Assembly: GCA_016618085.1 (NCBI GenBank)
Contig: JABLTG010000150.1
Location: 1 to 48,838, forward strand
Direction of reading: 5' to 3'
DNA from: Neovahlkampfia damariscottae
Lineage: Eukaryota
DNA length: 48,838 nucleotides
The notes below the pieces were generated by a model. It made no database searches, was not told the DNA's origin, and saw nothing but the letters and a program-made list of their open reading frames with translations. A program made the position numbers and the translations under genes. This document shows, piece after piece, positions 22,850 through 35,071 of this stretch. The stretch's first letter is position 1; every line of letters begins with the position of its first letter.

Positions 22850-23387
22850 TTTCTCTCCCCAGCAAAATCAATAAAATCTTCCTGTTCGAAGAGACTTTTC
22901 TGGATCTGTTTTCAATAAATTATCAAAGCTTAAACATTCAACAACACCATTTCCTTCTGTTGAGTAATAAACTAATTTCCTCTCAATTTTTCCATCTCAG
23001 TAGATTTCTTTGATTGAAAGGTGCTTCTGAATTTTTATTCTTTCAGACAATTTCGGAATAATTTCTGATAACTCTTCAACCGTTAAAAATTCCTCTCGAA
23101 AATACATCAAGGATGAAACACCTAACGACAGACCCAAATTTTTAACTGAAAATCCTACAATTGAAATTGTTGCATTTAACGGACAAAAGTCTGCTAATTT
23201 ATTTAAAAAACATCATAAACAATCTGATAATGTAAAATACTTCACCATGCTGTCCACAAGTCCAGCAAATACCATTTTCTCTTACAACCAAAAATTCTAT
23301 GACTGGAAACAAATTTTTGAAGGAAACAAACGAAATCATGAAGAACCCGATTCAGAAATGTCTAAGAAAAAACGAAAAAAGAAATAA
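22850..23387 (+). pseudogene. Uracil-DNA glycosylase superfamily family 6 (hypoxanthine/deoxyinosine glycosylase)-like gene; C-terminal half intact, 5' half disrupted
   Basis: Open frame 23031-23387 reads ...IKDETPNDRPKFLTENPTIEIVAFNGQKSANLFKKH...MLSTSPANTIFSYNQKFYDWKQ...SKKKRKKK*. I could not build an intact spliced 5' half. Confidence 0.6.
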
Positions 23388-23407
23388 ATTATTATTTACA
23401 GGTAATT

Positions 23408-23635
23408 TTAACAAGTGAAGTTTGTTGATGGAGATGCTGCAAAATTAAACATCAAATGACCAGCAGCAAATTGCTTGATTTTCTTCAGTCTCGAAGTCAA
23501 AGTTTTATGATTTCTGTGGTGCACCATTCTGTCTCGTTCGTTGGCAATTGTGGAAAATGATAATTGTCTTTCTGATTCTTGAAATCTTGTGAATCTTGCC
23601 GCTATTTCTGCTGCTCTTATTGTTCTTTCATTCAT
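23408..23635 (-). CDS. Small hypothetical protein (75 aa)
   Basis: ATG ORF with CCAAT on the gene strand at 23705-23709; no recognised homology. Confidence 0.5.
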   Translation of the reverse strand: MNERTIRAAEIAARFTRFQESERQLSFSTIANERDRMVHHRNHKTLTSRLKKIKQFAAGHLMFNFAASPSTNFTC

Positions 23636-23834
23636 GGTTTGAACTGAAAAGTGGTGAACAAATTCATTGATCTAATAAAAAATAAACGTGGCATCAAAAT
23701 TCTGATTGGCCAAAGAAGAATGTGGGAAGATTTTTCATAACAATCTTCTAGTTGTGAAAATTTTCGATAATTTTCAGTTTTAATCGTGCACAGGAAATTT
23801 ATTTTTTATTGGTCAACAATAATTCCACACAAAC

Positions 23835-25047
23835 ATGTTCAAAGTGAAGTTAGTTTCACTTGATAAGTATCTTCAAAGCTACATGAACAAATATTCTTTG
23901 ATAACTCATGAAAACTACATTGAAAATGAAAAAGAAAAAATACTTTCCAAAACAATAAAAGAAAATTCTGATATTGTGGTTGACATAACAAAAATTTTAG
24001 AAAACCAAACTGATTTATTGGCAATATACGGTTTGAAATTATTCTTCTGAAATAAAAAAAAGGTAATTTTGCTGTTGACTATATTCTTCCTGCTGTTAAA
24101 TTCAACACAAATATCAAATCTGTAGATTTAAAAAATATCACAAGGTTAAAAAGAACTTTTGGAGAGTTAACGAACAAAGATGTTTCAAAAATCTTGGAAA
24201 ATGTTTTTTTTCATTCGTTCCATGTTAAACACTTCAATATTGCAAACATTCAAGGCTTACCAAAATCTATTGGTGATTTATTAGATTTACCTTTGAAATT
24301 ACTTTCTCTTTCTATTGAAAACTGTTCAATGATGACTGAACATTTCCTCTATTTGCTTGATAAATTATCAGAAAATAATCATTTGCAGTGCTTTGAGTAT
24401 TCATTTTCAGGTGTTTCAGAAGACATTGGTACAAAAAGAGGAGAAGCTATTAAAGACCTATTGATCAAAAATACCACTTTAAAGTATTTTATAATGCGAG
24501 GTAAAGAAATTTTTTTTTTTTTTTGAAAAACAACTATAGGTTGTCAGATTTCTGATGAGGAAGCAGTTCTGTTAGGAGAAGGATTAACTCAAAATAAGTC
24601 ACTTGAAAATGTTTACCTTCAATCAAACAAAATTCAAAACAAAGGAGGAACTGCAATTGGAAAAGCACTGATGGTTCATCCAACCCTTGAGTTGTTGAAC
24701 TTACAAAGTAAGATTAGATTTAAATTGAACACTGTAGAAAATGAAATTGGTGATGATGCTATTGAATTCATTTCCAAAGGGATTGAAAAATCAAATAGTT
24801 TGAAAAATTTAGATCTTGCAAGTAAATTATTGATTGAATTTAAAATGAAAAATAGGAAACTATATTGATGATTATGGAGGAATGTTGATTTCACAAGTGT
24901 TACTAAACAGTAATTTAGAGACATTGACGATCTATGGTATGTGGGAATTTTTTTAATTTTTCAAAAGGGAATTACATCACTGAAAATGAAAAAATATGGA
25001 AATCTATTGAACAAAATTGGAACGGAAAATATCTTCATCTAAAATAA
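23835..25047 (+). CDS. Ribonuclease-inhibitor-type leucine-rich repeat protein, 6 exons
   Basis: Repeats such as NKSLENVYLQSNKIQNKGG and SLKNLDLARNYIDDYGG; 5 phase-1 GT-AG introns. Confidence 0.8.
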
Positions 25048-25128
25048 GTTTTTTAATTCCGAAACATTGATATAATTGGTGGTTATTTTTAGTGTCCAAT
25101 AAAAACTGACTTCAAAGAAAACAGAACA

Positions 25129-26817
25129 ATGCCTTTACCTCGAACAGACTAGGAATACGCAGGAATAGAAGAAGAACAACAACCTTCTATTCCATATGAC
25201 ATTACCTTAGAGTACATTTTACCATACCTCGGAGCAAAAGACATTTGTAGCCTTTCAGAAACGAACAAGTACTACAACTCAATGGTAGGAGAAAATAATT
25301 ATCTCTGGAAAAAAGTTTTTGAAAATGAATTTGCTCCAATTCACCAAGAAACTGAAAAATTTGTTAAAGAAAATGAAGATGACATTATTGACTTCATGGG
25401 ACTTGAATATGTGGAAGAATTAAGACTAGATCATTCAAAACCCTTCAAAAAGATATGCCTTGATGTTCTATCAAAAGTTGAACAACGTGATGAAATCCAA
25501 GAAGATTTGAACTACTACAGAATAGGAGGAAGTGGTTTAGGAATTTATGAAAGAGCTCCAACTTTATCTGTTGAAAAAATTAAAGATAAAAAGATAGAAA
25601 TCACAAAAGAATCTTTAATCATGGAAGAATCAATCAAAACACCTTTACTTGGAGTGAATTCATTGCCTTTCAAAATTGGAAACATGAAACATCTATTTCA
25701 AGCACCTTTGATAGATCCTGATGGTCATAATTGTTGGTTAAATGCTTTATTAGTATTCATTGGATCTAATTCATTCTTCATTTCAAAATTATTTGATCAA
25801 CATTTTGAACAAGATTCATTGGGTGATTCATTGAAATCTCTTTACAATTATTGGATGAAATATCATGGGACAGAAAATTTTAGAGAAGAATTCAATAGAA
25901 ACTATGGAAAAGTATGGTTAAATATTCAACGTTTAGGCTACCAATATGGTTATGATTTTTCAGTAATCAAAGTATTCAACTCAATCATTGATGAATTAAA
26001 TTTCAAATCAAAAGATGAAAATTTCATGGTTGTGACCAATAGAGATGATAAAGTATCGTTGGATGAGTTTGAATTTAAAAGTTGCATTTCACATGAAGTT
26101 CTTGCTCATACTAAAGAAAATCTTCCAATTGGTCATTTCACTTGTTTTATGAAAAATGAAAATGGAATGTTCTATTATGATGATATTCTTCAAATGAATG
26201 ATGATATTCAAGGTGGAATGATTCTTGAAGAATTTCAACCACAAAATATTCAATTAAGTTTGTTCATCAAAAAACACAAAGAAAAAGTGTTTCCTGAAAC
26301 TTTTAAAGAAGGGAATGATGAAAAAGAAATATTTGAAATTCCAAAAAATGAAGAAATGATCTTTAATGGCAATTCAAATTTATCTTTGGATGAAGTACTT
26401 CATATTTTACATTTGATCAGATTTTCAGTTGAATTTGATTCTTTAGATTCACTGACATTTGGTACTAAAAGAATGGAAGGAAAAACTCATCAATCTGAAG
26501 AAAAAAAGAAGAATTTGATTAAAAGAGAAATTGAATTTATTTCAAAGAATTCAATTCATGGAATGTATTTGATTGCAAAATCTGGAGTATTTGATTCATT
26601 AATTTCAATTCCAAATGAATTAACCATCAAAGTTGATTTGATCAAAGGTTTAAGAAATTATCAATATGACATCTTTTCTTTTCTTGAAGAATTTTCTAAA
26701 TACTCCATAATGAAAAAGAAAAGAAGAAAATGGAGAAAAGTTGATTTAAGAGAAATCATATTAACACAATTATTCTTTGGAAAGAAAGAAATCAAGAAAA
26801 TGAAAAAAATTCAATAA
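25129..26817 (+). CDS. F-box plus USP/C19-like cysteine protease fusion with an in-frame TAG at codon 8
   Basis: ATG 25129 is in frame with the 25282 ORF. F-box IPYDITLEYILPYLGAKDICSLSETNKYYNSMVGENNYLWK, Cys box GHNCWLNALL and His box GHFTCFMK...YYDD. TAG at 25150-25152. Confidence 0.65.
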
Positions 26818-26889
26818 ATTATTTGAATTTTTATTGAACCTTTAACCATTCCTTTTTTGAAAAAATAAAAAAATGAAAGTTTAAAAAAA

Positions 26890-29800
26890 TTATTTATTTT
26901 GACCAAAATCTAATTGATTCATTCCAAGACTCATAATTTTTTCACCAATGTCTTCAAATGCATCATAAGCATCATAAACTTTTTGATTTTTATTTTTTTC
27001 TCTTTTTTCACTATCTTCAAGGACAGACGATCTCAGAACAGGGAAGAATGAAATTTCATTGTTTTTCAATTGATCTGAAATATATTGTTCAATACCTGTA
27101 TATTCATTTTGTTCTTTTCCCCAAACATGAATGAAAAAGTAAACATAATTCCACATGTAATGTTCATTTTTAATATGTACATCAAATCTAATACCTTCAT
27201 TTGCTCTAATCTCAAATCTATTACGTTCAATATCACAAATGAAGCAAGTATTAGTGATTTGATCATTTAATTTTTGACCTTCTTCTCTAATTTCGGCAAA
27301 AGATTCTAAAATTGTTGAAAATACAATATTCATTAGAATAAGTACAACACAAATCCAAAATACAAGATCAAAAATTAATCTCCAAACATCCTATAAAAAC
27401 TGTTAAATGATTTGGTTTATATTTTACAGTGACTGGTTCAAATAAATCTTCCCAAAAACCTTCTCCTCTTAAACCATAATTAATTATCATCAGATAACAT
27501 CTAAACATTGTATCACAAATAAATTCTGTTTGTCCATTTACAGTCAAGAAAAATTGTTGATTAAAAAAGTTAAAAATGATTGACGAAAAAAACCAAATAG
27601 TAGCCAATAATAATAAACCTGTCAAAAGTAAAACATCCTTGTGAATCCAAACTGATTGCAAAATATATTGCAATGGTTTGAATCTATAAATCATTTCAAA
27701 CATCAATAAACTATAAAACAATGGTGATATTGTCAATGATAAAATTTGTCCAACAATGATGGCAATATATAACCAAATCAAACGATCTTGAATCAAATAC
27801 CATAAATAATAAGTTGCGAATTGATAAAAAGGCCATTCTAATTTATCATAATCAGAGTCTTTTGGAAATTTCAATTTGACTTCTAATGATGAATAGAATA
27901 TCAAATATAAAGCAAATACAAGTAAAGTCCAACTTAAATGAAACCATCCTAAAACGATAAACAAATGTTCAGTATATATATCACTAAAATCTGCTCTCTT
28001 TGGTAATCCAATTACATTAGTTACTCCAGGAATAGGTAATGTATATTGTCCATAAAACATATTTTGTTCAGTATCAAAAACACGAGTCATTGATAAAAAT
28101 ATGATTAAATTAATAGTAAATGCAAGGAATAAACCAAAATATTGTGAACAATTACTTGTATAAAATGGATTAATAACTGAAGAAAATAGAAAATTCTTTT
28201 TTTGTTTTGCTGTATGTTTCATTTCTCTTTCAAATAATCTTGAATTTGTTAATAAATCAGTAACTTTTGTTTGTGCAGTTGATCTATTGACATCTTCATC
28301 AACAAATTTATCTCTTGATTTTTTTGATAGATTTGAACACAGTTCTGGAATTTGAAAAAATACAGTTTCAATTTTGTTATCACGTATAACTTCAATTTTA
28401 CCAGTATTTTTTTTAAGTGATGAAAATGCAGTATCATTTAATTCAGATGCTGTTTTAGATCCAAAATCTTTGTTGGAAGCAATAAAATTCAATAAATAAT
28501 AATATTGATATCCTAACTCTTCTTCTTCTTCAAGAATTCTTGCTTTTAAAGCTGATATTTCAGTATCTTTGGTTACATAAAAATTTAAGTTTTCAGGTAA
28601 TGTTGATTCTTTTGCTGTTATCTTTTTCAAATTTGAAATAATGACTTGAATATCCAATGAATTTGTCATTAATTCATAAACTTCAGGTTGATAACTTTCT
28701 CCAATGATTGAATTTAAAAGAATCATTAATTCTTTCTTTAAATTAATTCTTTCCAAAATTGTTAATTTTTGTTTATCGGAGTTATATTCATTGGATAAAA
28801 TATCATTAGCAAAATAATATAATTGAGTATTATTAAACAACAATTGATTTTCAATACAAGGTCCTTGAATGAATTCAGTTAATGATTGAAAAGCTTGATA
28901 CGCAATATCAACTGTACTTGAATTAATATACTTTTTCATTGATAGAGTATACTCTAAACATTCTTGAACCAAATTAATACTCTTGAAATTATCAGGTTGT
29001 TGTCTTATATAATTTTGAAGATCTAAATTATGTCCTTCACAAAATAATTGAAGAAATCTTAAAATAGATTCAATAAAACCTTCTTCTTTGAACTCAATAA
29101 CTTCATCATTATCTCCTGAAAAGATTAATGCATCTTTTTGATTTTTAAGTTTTTTTAGAAATTCTTTTCTTTCTTTGATTTCTTTGACTGCTTTTCGAAT
29201 TCTAATTCTCAAAGCAAAGAAGAATTTTTCTTCCTTAGAACTTAGAAAAGTATCATAAATGATTTTTTGTGCTTTATCATTTCCATTCTCTAAAATTAAT
29301 TTTCCAAGCTCTAAAGTTTCTTCTGTAATTTCATTGACTTCAGAACAAACTAATTGTAAAATCAATTGACACACTCCAAAATCACATAATCTATTTTGAG
29401 TTGCAGTAAAATCAGGTCCATTCATTTTCTTCTCTAAAATTTGAATTAATGTTCTGAGTCCTCTAATGACTATTTTCTTTGTTGCTTCATTTGGTTGTTT
29501 TTCTGTACCTAATGTCATTAATAATCTAACTAGATCATTGATATATTCTGAATTGTTTTTATTCCAATAATCATCTGAAAGTTTTGAAAAATTACTTTGA
29601 TTTTCAATGGTTGGTTGAATTCTTTCTGTAAAATTCTTGAATTGAGAAATGATATTTTCTTCATTTAAACCAAAAACAATGGCATCAGTTTCTCTAATAG
29701 ATTGAATTGGTAATGCAGCTGCTAAATTTTCAAGAAATGGTTTTACATAATTTTCATAAATTTTATCTTTACCCAATCTTGAATAGGTTTTATAAATATT

Positions 29801-32800
29801 CACAATTTTTTCTCTGAATTGTGGATTTGCAGTACTTGAATACAAAGCTTGTAATTTACCAAAAATTAATTGAATAATTGAAATATGATTGGAAGGAGCA
29901 TCTGTTCTAAAATGAAGAGAGAAATAATGATCTAACATTGGTAAGATTCTACCAAATAGATAAATTGTAAATTGACCTCTTTGTTCATCTAAAACATATT
30001 TTGATATTTGATTTGGTATTTCTTCTAAAATCTTCCAAAATTCTGAACTTGAATTCAAAGAACTATCACCTTCCGTTTTAATTTCAACATTAACATAAAC
30101 TTCATCAAGATATCTCATCAATGGAATTTTTAAAGCTAATGTTGTATTAGAATCTAATATATGAGCAATATTATCTTCAATTGAAAAAAGAGATTGTAAT
30201 TTAACTTCAACTGAGTAAATAGTACCATCAGAACAAGATGCAAATAATTCCAATAAATGAATATGATATGCAAGTTTACCATTTGGATTTGTTTCATCAT
30301 CTTTTTTTTGAATCAAATCATTTCTTTCTTTTAAGCCTTCTGAACCTTCAAATAAAATCAAAATATCTTTTCTACGATCTAAAAGACTCTTTGTGATTAA
30401 CATTTGATTTCTTTTAATTGCATAACCATTAGTTACAACCATTAATGATAAAATATCAAGATATTTATGTTGTGGCATTCTTTCAATGGTAGAATCAATT
30501 AAAATTTGAACATGTTTTTCTTCAATTTGTGAAACAACTGATCTATTATCACGAATTATTTCAGAAATCAATTTTGTCATTCCTAATTGTTTATTCATTT
30601 TTGATAATAAAAATTCAAAATGATCAAATAAAAGTGTTTGATTTTGACGATTTTTAGTTACAAATTGAATGAGTAATAAAACTACTGCGCGATGAATTTT
30701 CTTGTCTGTGATTGATCGACTCTTTAAAATTTTGACAAGTAACTCATGAACTCCTAAATTTCTCATAATTCTTTGAGATCGTTGTCCACTTTCTTTAATA
30801 TCAAAAATGAAATCTTTGATAATTTTTAAACAAATTTTCTTTTCAATATCACCCATACGTGAACTATATAAATTTGCTAATCTTAAATTCATTGCATTCA
30901 AATTATCATAGGAATTAACCATAACCTCAGAAACTAATAATTCAACTTTTTCCATAGTATCATTTAATTCTTCTTTTTGAGTCACAAATCTGAAAAGAAA
31001 TTGTAAAGCGTTGATTGAAAGTTTGGAATTTTCATATTTTGTTAAATCAAGTAAAACAGAGATTAAATTTTTTTGACCTTTCTTGTCTGTAAAGCAATGA
31101 TCTTGATCTGTGTCTTTTAATAATTCCATTGCAATTGCTTTTTCTTTATCTAAACTAACAGTAGAGGTATCTGATTCTTCTCTTGTTTTTCTATAGGATT
31201 GAATAATTTTTGTAATTCTATTATTTAAGAAATTATCAAAAATTAATTGATAAATTTCTAAAATAGTGGTTTTGATTTTTCCAATGATTATATTTCCTTC
31301 TGTTTCTTTGAATCTATCAAGATTCATTCTTCCACCATTTTTAACATCACTTGAACCATCTAAAATTTCGAATAAATTTGTGATTAAAGTTATAATTTCA
31401 GCACGTAATGTCTTTTTATTTTCATCTTTCAAAATGACAGGTGAATGATAAATACCATATTGAACCATACTTTTAGTCATCCATAAAACTTGTCTAATAT
31501 ATGAATTTTGATCTTGATTTTCAACATCTAATGCTTTATTTTTTTCTAAGAACTTTTCAATGAAAATTTTGAGTTTTTTGTATCTCATTTGTTTTTTATC
31601 AGTTTTTTCAAGAGCAGATTGCCATTTTCTTGTGAGACTTAAAAGTGGATAAACATCTAAATCAGCAGTAATTACATGACAATGTTCTAAAAATTTTGAT
31701 AATGACGCTTTGAGTGACGCAGGTAGTTTTTCAGATTCTAATGCTTTTAAAATGGTTTCAAAATTAATAAGTTCACGAAGTGTCTTTGCAGTTTTTTGAT
31801 TTCTTCCTAAACATAATTTTGATAATAAATAAAAATAATTGGTCAAATTTTCTAATTCTTCTGGATGATCAATCAAAGATTCAAGATTGATTTTCTTTCC
31901 TTGAATATCAACATAAACATCTGGTTTATCCTCTTCACAATACAAACAATAAAGTAATGATTTTTTATCTTTGTTTTTTAGTAATTTATCACCAATAAAA
32001 TCTTGATTTTTTGAAATTGCTTGATTCTTTACATCACATAACGCAGAAAGAAATGTTACATAAAGTGAAGTATTTTCATAATTACTTGAATTTTGTAAAT
32101 GTTCAATAAAAAATTGAATTTGGTCTTCTGTAATTTTATGTAATAATTTGATATTATCTCTGATGATATGAATCAATGCTTGTGCTGATCCAAGACCCCA
32201 ACCTATTTGATTTTGAAAAATGTCCAATGATTGGTACATATATTCACCATTTTCTAAATTTGATTTGACACTTAATTTAATAAATTTATAAGCTAATTTG
32301 ATTAATTTATAATATTCTTTGAATTCTGATAATGAAAAATCATCTTGAGTGATAAAATTTTTTTCAAAAGGTAAACCAATAATTCTCATTGCATAATCAA
32401 GAAGATGCTTTTCTCTGATGAGTAATTGTCTTTCTAATATTGGAATTCCTTCTCTTTTAAAAGGATCCATTTCAGTAGAATCAGAAACAAATCTGATTAA
32501 ATGAATAAATGCTTCAGAAGCTGCAACAATAGATATATTGTTTTTTAATTCATTTCTACCTTTTTCTATTTTTTCTGAGTATTCTTTAATTGAAACAAGT
32601 GAATCATTCACAAAAAGTAAATTATGTACTTCACGTCTTGGTATTCTTTTGAAACTAAAAACATCTTCTTCAAAAAAATCAGGTGTTGTTTGAACTTTTG
32701 TAAATCTATCATGTTCCGTGTTAACTGTTTGTAAATGTAACCATGTGGAATGTGAATCATTTTTTAAGCAAAGATATGTATCAAAAAGAACATTCTTTTC

Positions 32801-34184
32801 TTTTGTCTTTAAAAAGTCAAAAAAGTTTGCAATAACTTACAAAATTAGGAGCTGAAAGATACCAAACTTCACCTTTATCTTCATTTGAACCAAATACACG
32901 AAGTCCATAGGTTGGTTCATCATTTTCAACTTTAAAAGGTGTTTCATCATCTTCAATTGGTGAATCTTCTCCAGTGACTTCAAATTCTTCTTCAACATCT
33001 TCAATTATATCTATTTTTTCTTCTTCTGTTCCATTAATTTCTTCATCTTCGACTTCTGAAACAGAAGTTCCATTTTTCAAATTGGTTGGATAAAAATCTG
33101 AAGCTAAGTATTTTCCAGTTGAAACATGTCTGATTTTATATTCATCTGAATAACTTACAACACCTCCAATGCTTGGATCACTCTTTTCAATTTGCCAAAT
33201 TGTTGATGGTCCTCTTTCAGATAATTCTGAAGAATCACAAATTTCAACATTTGAAGAATCATCTTTTAACATTAAGTATCCATCTTTTTCTTTATGAAAT
33301 ATCCTAAAAATATTTCCAGCTTTCAAATAATCTTCAAGTTGTTCCTCTAAAGCACCTGAGTATTTTGCTATACCCCATTTGGTGTATTGTAATGAAGGTG
33401 ACATATTTACTTCATTTCTTCCATCCCAAAATTTACCTTTACAAGCTCTTAAATTGAGGTTGAACTATGTTGAAAGTTTTGTTAAATTTTTTTTTCTTCT
33501 TTACTTTTTTGCTCCAAAGTTTAATTTGATCAGAGTATAGAATAGGTTCACCTTCTATTTTGTATTTAAAATAAGGAAGTATGTGGAAATATGATGTTGG
33601 ACCACCTGCTTCTGTTAAAACGATTTTTAAACAATCTTTGTGTAATTCAGCTGATTCTCTTGATATAGTCAAATATTTACCGGTTGGAACATGAACTAAT
33701 TGTATAACTTGAGCATAAGTAACAGTACGTCCTTTTTTTTAATTTTTAATTTTTTTGTTTTGTTCAGTATACCTTCAAGTCTTTTTATTTGTTTTAAATT
33801 ATTTTCTTTTTCCGCTTCCATAGTCAGTTGTAATTTTTCTAAATCATTTTTTGCTTTATCTGACAAACCAAACTTTTCAGTTGCTCTAAAATCATATTCT
33901 TTGAAATCTAATTTTTCAATTTCTTTATGGAATTTTTTATGAGCAATATATTGATTTGCTGGTTGGATTTTAAATAGAAATTGAGAAAAATTTGGAGGAA
34001 ATCCTGCATTTTTTTTTCTTGTTGTGATTCCTCCACGATGATCAACGCTTTGCAAAATTTAATTTTTTTAAAGAAGAAATTACCTATTGACACTATAGAA
34101 TCCCATGTTGTTGTCTTCTTGGACATAAAGAGAAAAAGTATCTCCAAGCCTTAAAACTTCAGAGGATTCGTCTGGAGCTGACAT
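26890..34184 (-). CDS. ITPR: Inositol 1,4,5-trisphosphate/ryanodine receptor-family Ca2+ release channel, 6 exons
   Basis: MIR (IRHVSTGKYL), RIH, RIH-associated (LRFLQLFCEGHNLDLQNYIRQQ; LTEFIQGPCIENQ), TM region and C-terminal CFIC...H...EHYMWNY zinc motif; 5 GT-AG introns. Confidence 0.92.
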
Positions 34185-34382
34185 TGTGTAAGAGAGAGAT
34201 ACTGAATTTTTAGCCAATTGTTCTTCTCCGGACAATTTTCAGCCAATAAAATATATTTCTTTTTGTAACGTTTACTATGAAAAAAACTATTTTTTGAATA
34301 AAATCTAACATAATTCTAAATTTTATCTTCATCAAAAAATCCATCCAATCAAACAAAAATTTCCAAACTTTAGAAAAACAGA

Positions 34383-35010
34383 ATGAGCAAAGAAGTAAAA
34401 AATTTGACAGAGACAAGATATCGATTAAAACATAAACAACAGTTAGAAAATCTTCCTTGGGACTTAAAAAAGCAAAGATCAGGTTTTTCAAAAAAAAAAA
34501 AAAAAATTAACTCAAAATTACAGAATACGAAATTGATTCACAATCAACAACCAGAGAAAAAATTAAACCAAAAAAAACAGGAAAAATTGAAATCACTTTA
34601 CATGAAGCAAAGATTTTAGCTGCTTTACCTGTAGATAAAAAATCGATACCGTATTTGGAAACCAAAATTATTCTCATCTTTTTGTTGTCAGTGAAGTCGT
34701 TTGTGGCATAAGTTTTGGTTTTTTAGATCGAAAATCTAGTCCTGGTGTTATGAACAAATATTTCAATCATATGCTGTGGACAGAACCTGAAAAAATCACT
34801 TTGATAGTTTTGGACTTGAATAAAGCAAAAAGTCAATCTATTGACCTGTCCATCATTGAAGACACAAAAGGAAAAGGTATAGGTATGGTGACTCTTCAAT
34901 ACAACGATTATATTCATAATTATGAAACTCCACAATTTATTCAATTACGTTCAGGTGATGTTACAGCTGAATTAAAAATCTCCATAAGAACTTATGGTTT
35001 AAGTAATTAA
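34383..35010 (+). CDS. Small C2-like domain protein, 3 exons
   Basis: Two GT-AG introns join the ORFs. GKIEITLHEAK...GIGMVTL...ELKISIRTYG fits a C2 beta-sandwich pattern. Confidence 0.6.
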
Positions 35011-35071
35011 AATTTATTTATTATCCAATCATTCTTTGGTTTTATTCAACGAAACTCTTTTTACAAACAAA

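Noticed and set aside
24030..24967. Phase-1 introns at equivalent LRR repeat positions
   Set aside because: Well known for RI-type LRR genes; not novel.
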